This document shows positions 52,738-54,706 of a DNA stretch of 54,706 bases, piece by piece. How positions within the stretch are numbered: the stretch's first letter is position 1; each line of letters begins with the position of its first letter. A model generated the notes under the pieces. That model had not been told where the DNA came from. It saw nothing but the letters and a program-made list of their open reading frames with translations, and ran no database searches. The translations under genes were made by a program, and so were the position numbers. Source of the DNA: a virus (Duplodnaviria; Caudoviricetes); IMG/VR virus record IMGVR_UViG_3300037419_001325, positions 1-54,706 of that record. The stretch is one strand, 5' to 3'.

Positions 52738-52758
52738 AGGGTAGGTGGGAGGGGTGCA
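52738..52758 (-). promoter_or_regulatory. Late-type promoter motif copy 8
   Basis: TGCACCCC-N7-TACCCT, ATG 7 nt downstream. Confidence 0.75.
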
Positions 52759-52762
52759 GATG

Positions 52763-53182
52763 TTATGCGGCGTCGATCTGAACGAACGTGCTCGACGCGG
52801 CCAGAGTGGCGCCGGTGGTGCTCGCCGCGACCCGCATATCCAGGGTGTCGTTTACGCCGACCACCACGCCCGCGATATCGAGATTGATTGTCCCGGTGCC
52901 GGATATGGCGGCGGATTTGATCTGTGCGCCGTTGAGGTAGATGTAGCCGGTGATCGTCGCGGAGAACGTGTTCGAACTGATCACCATCCGCGCCGTGACA
53001 TTCACGGTGCCCGCCCGGTCCACCACCAGTGCGTTACTGACAATGTTGGTGGCCGGATATCCAGCATCAGCGGTCCAGGTCGGCACGACCGTCGGTGTCG
53101 TGCCGGACAGGGACTGGTTGCCGGACTTGTTCATCCGCTGCGACGACGGCGGCGAACCGCCACCCATGACGGCGAGCAACAT
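52763..53182 (-). CDS. Minor tail protein
   Basis: WTADAGYPATNI beta-sandwich; TGATG-coupled. Confidence 0.65.
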   Translation of the reverse strand: MLLAVMGGGSPPSSQRMNKSGNQSLSGTTPTVVPTWTADAGYPATNIVSNALVVDRAGTVNVTARMVISSNTFSATITGYIYLNGAQIKSAAISGTGTINLDIAGVVVGVNDTLDMRVAASTTGATLAASSTFVQIDAA

Positions 53183-54615
53183 CAGCGCGTCACCGCCGTA
53201 ATCTCCACGATCAGACCGAGCCCGGGTGTGGTTCCGACAGCGGTGATCCACGGCAGCAGAATGTCGCCGGCGTCGTAATCAAATGTGCCGGTGGCGGTCG
53301 CGTTCGCGCCGCCAGCTGTCTGATCGGCGACGGCGATGGATTTGTTCGTGCTGGCGACCTGGCTGCCGTTCTTCCGCAGCTCGACATCCAGCGTCCCGGA
53401 CACGCCTGCGGTAGCGCCGCGGTATCGGACCTGCGTGATCCGGATGTTGCGGGTGAGCTTGATGCCCTGGGAGGCGACGTTTCCGCCGCCGGTGGCGCGG
53501 GTGGTGGCGGAGTTGGTGTGGACGTACACGATGTCGTACACCTGCCCCGCCGCGGTCGGGGTGCGTGAGTCGGACAGTCGCGGGTCGGTGTCGGCGATGG
53601 TGGATATGACGCCCCGCGCGGCGGCGGCGTCGGTGGCCTTCATCAGGTTCCGGCCGACCGTGGTGGAGTCGCTGATATCGGTGGCCGGATGGGTGTGGCC
53701 CACATTGGATTTGCCCGCGAGTCCCGGCACGGTGGGGGATGCCGCGGTGCCGCCGAGGTCGCCGGCGAGTTGGAGGATGCCCTTCACGCTGGAGGTGGCA
53801 TCCGGCGCAGGCGGGCCCGCTGGTCCGGTAGCGCCCTGCGGCAGGGTGAGGTTCAGCAGCCAGTGCGGGGAGGGGCCAGTAACGCTGGCGGCGGCTGAGC
53901 TGCCGGGCGCACCGGTGGTGACGGTTCCGATACCGAGCGTGAACGACGCTGCAGCCGTCTGCGCCGCCGTGGCCGAATCAGCTGCGTCGCTGGCGCTGTC
54001 GGCCGCCGCATCGGCCGCGGCTTGCGCGTCGGTGATCGCTGGAATGGGAACACCGGGCAGTGTGGACCCGTCCGACAGGGAGAACACCAGTGCGTCCCCG
54101 ACGAGAGCCACACCGACCACGGACACGCCCGCTGTGACCGCGTTACCGAGCGAGCCGGGCACCGGGCTCACTTTCGTGAGGTCGGTGAGGCCGGTCGATC
54201 CGGTGTCGGGGTCGGCCGGGTTGGGGCCGGGCGTGTACTCGGTGACGTAGAACGAGAACGACGGCAGTTTGACCGGTTTCGTCCCGTAGTACAGGTTGAA
54301 CGACACCCGATACGTGAAGGTGCTGGGATTGGTGGTGCCCGGTGTGGGTGCGATGACCCGCACCCCGCGCTCCCCCTGATTCGAGAGGTAGCCCTGATCA
54401 TCGAGGGTGCACACGTAATAGTCCGGCAGCTGAACCACAGTCGTCGGGTCCGGGTCGCCCTGCGGTACCAGGATTTTCGGGGGCTCGGCCTTGATCGTGA
54501 CCTCACCTGACAGCGGCTCGAATTCCGGGAGGTCGTCGGAGTCGACGCCATCGGCGACGTTGGCCAGGAATCGGCCGACGATCTTGCCGAACTTCAAACC
54601 GAGAGGGTCGGTCAC
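53182..54615 (-). CDS. Tail fibre / minor tail protein
   Basis: DATSSVKGILQLAGDLGG, HTHPATDISD fibre repeats; GAGGGAG RBS. Confidence 0.8.
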   Translation of the reverse strand: MTDPLGLKFGKIVGRFLANVADGVDSDDLPEFEPLSGEVTIKAEPPKILVPQGDPDPTTVVQLPDYYVCTLDDQGYLSNQGERGVRVIAPTPGTTNPSTFTYRVSFNLYYGTKPVKLPSFSFYVTEYTPGPNPADPDTGSTGLTDLTKVSPVPGSLGNAVTAGVSVVGVALVGDALVFSLSDGSTLPGVPIPAITDAQAAADAAADSASDAADSATAAQTAAASFTLGIGTVTTGAPGSSAAASVTGPSPHWLLNLTLPQGATGPAGPPAPDATSSVKGILQLAGDLGGTAASPTVPGLAGKSNVGHTHPATDISDSTTVGRNLMKATDAAAARGVISTIADTDPRLSDSRTPTAAGQVYDIVYVHTNSATTRATGGGNVASQGIKLTRNIRITQVRYRGATAGVSGTLDVELRKNGSQVASTNKSIAVADQTAGGANATATGTFDYDAGDILLPWITAVGTTPGLGLIVEITAVTR

Positions 54616-54706
54616 GAATTACTCCCTCGAACAGGACGGAGTGGTGGGGGGGGGGGGGGGGGGGCGCCCCCCCCCCACCTACGGTCGAGGCGCCCGAGCG
54701 GGGCGG

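Noticed and set aside
54646-54706. Long G-run then C-run followed by CACC-TACGGT, resembling a garbled late promoter
   Set aside because: Homopolymer runs at the window end look like low-quality sequence; the TGCA box reads CGCC, so it was not counted

Overview
Most of a GC-rich temperate actinobacteriophage (siphovirus) genome. A Nocardia-like host is inferred from gene families, not proven. Nearly all genes are on the minus strand. In transcription order (right to left): tail fibre/accessory structural genes, head-tail joining genes, tape measure, minor tail proteins, a structured non-coding locus with two tRNA-like T-arms, a frameshifted tail assembly chaperone, endolysin plus hydrophobic micro-ORFs, a candidate intact attP with a large serine integrase, the immunity region (CI/Cro-like HTH pair, LexA-box gene, antirepressor), recombination/replication genes (Rad52/Sak-like, HNH, Rep with internal origin), and about 20 kb of small accessory genes interleaved with putative TerS, TerL and a portal gene cut by the window edge. 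Capsid and major tail genes were not recognised and probably lie outside the window. Main unexplained structure: (1) eight copies of a covarying two-hairpin 5' leader that holds the RBS in a hairpin loop, mostly behind strong sigA-type promoters, one heading an operon with an Aca2/DUF1870-like HTH gene; (2) eight copies of a late-gene promoter motif YTGCAYCCC-N7-YAnnnT, mostly leaderless; (3) a roughly 400-nt tRNA-mimic-like ncRNA locus. All family assignments are by eye from motifs; no database searches were run.
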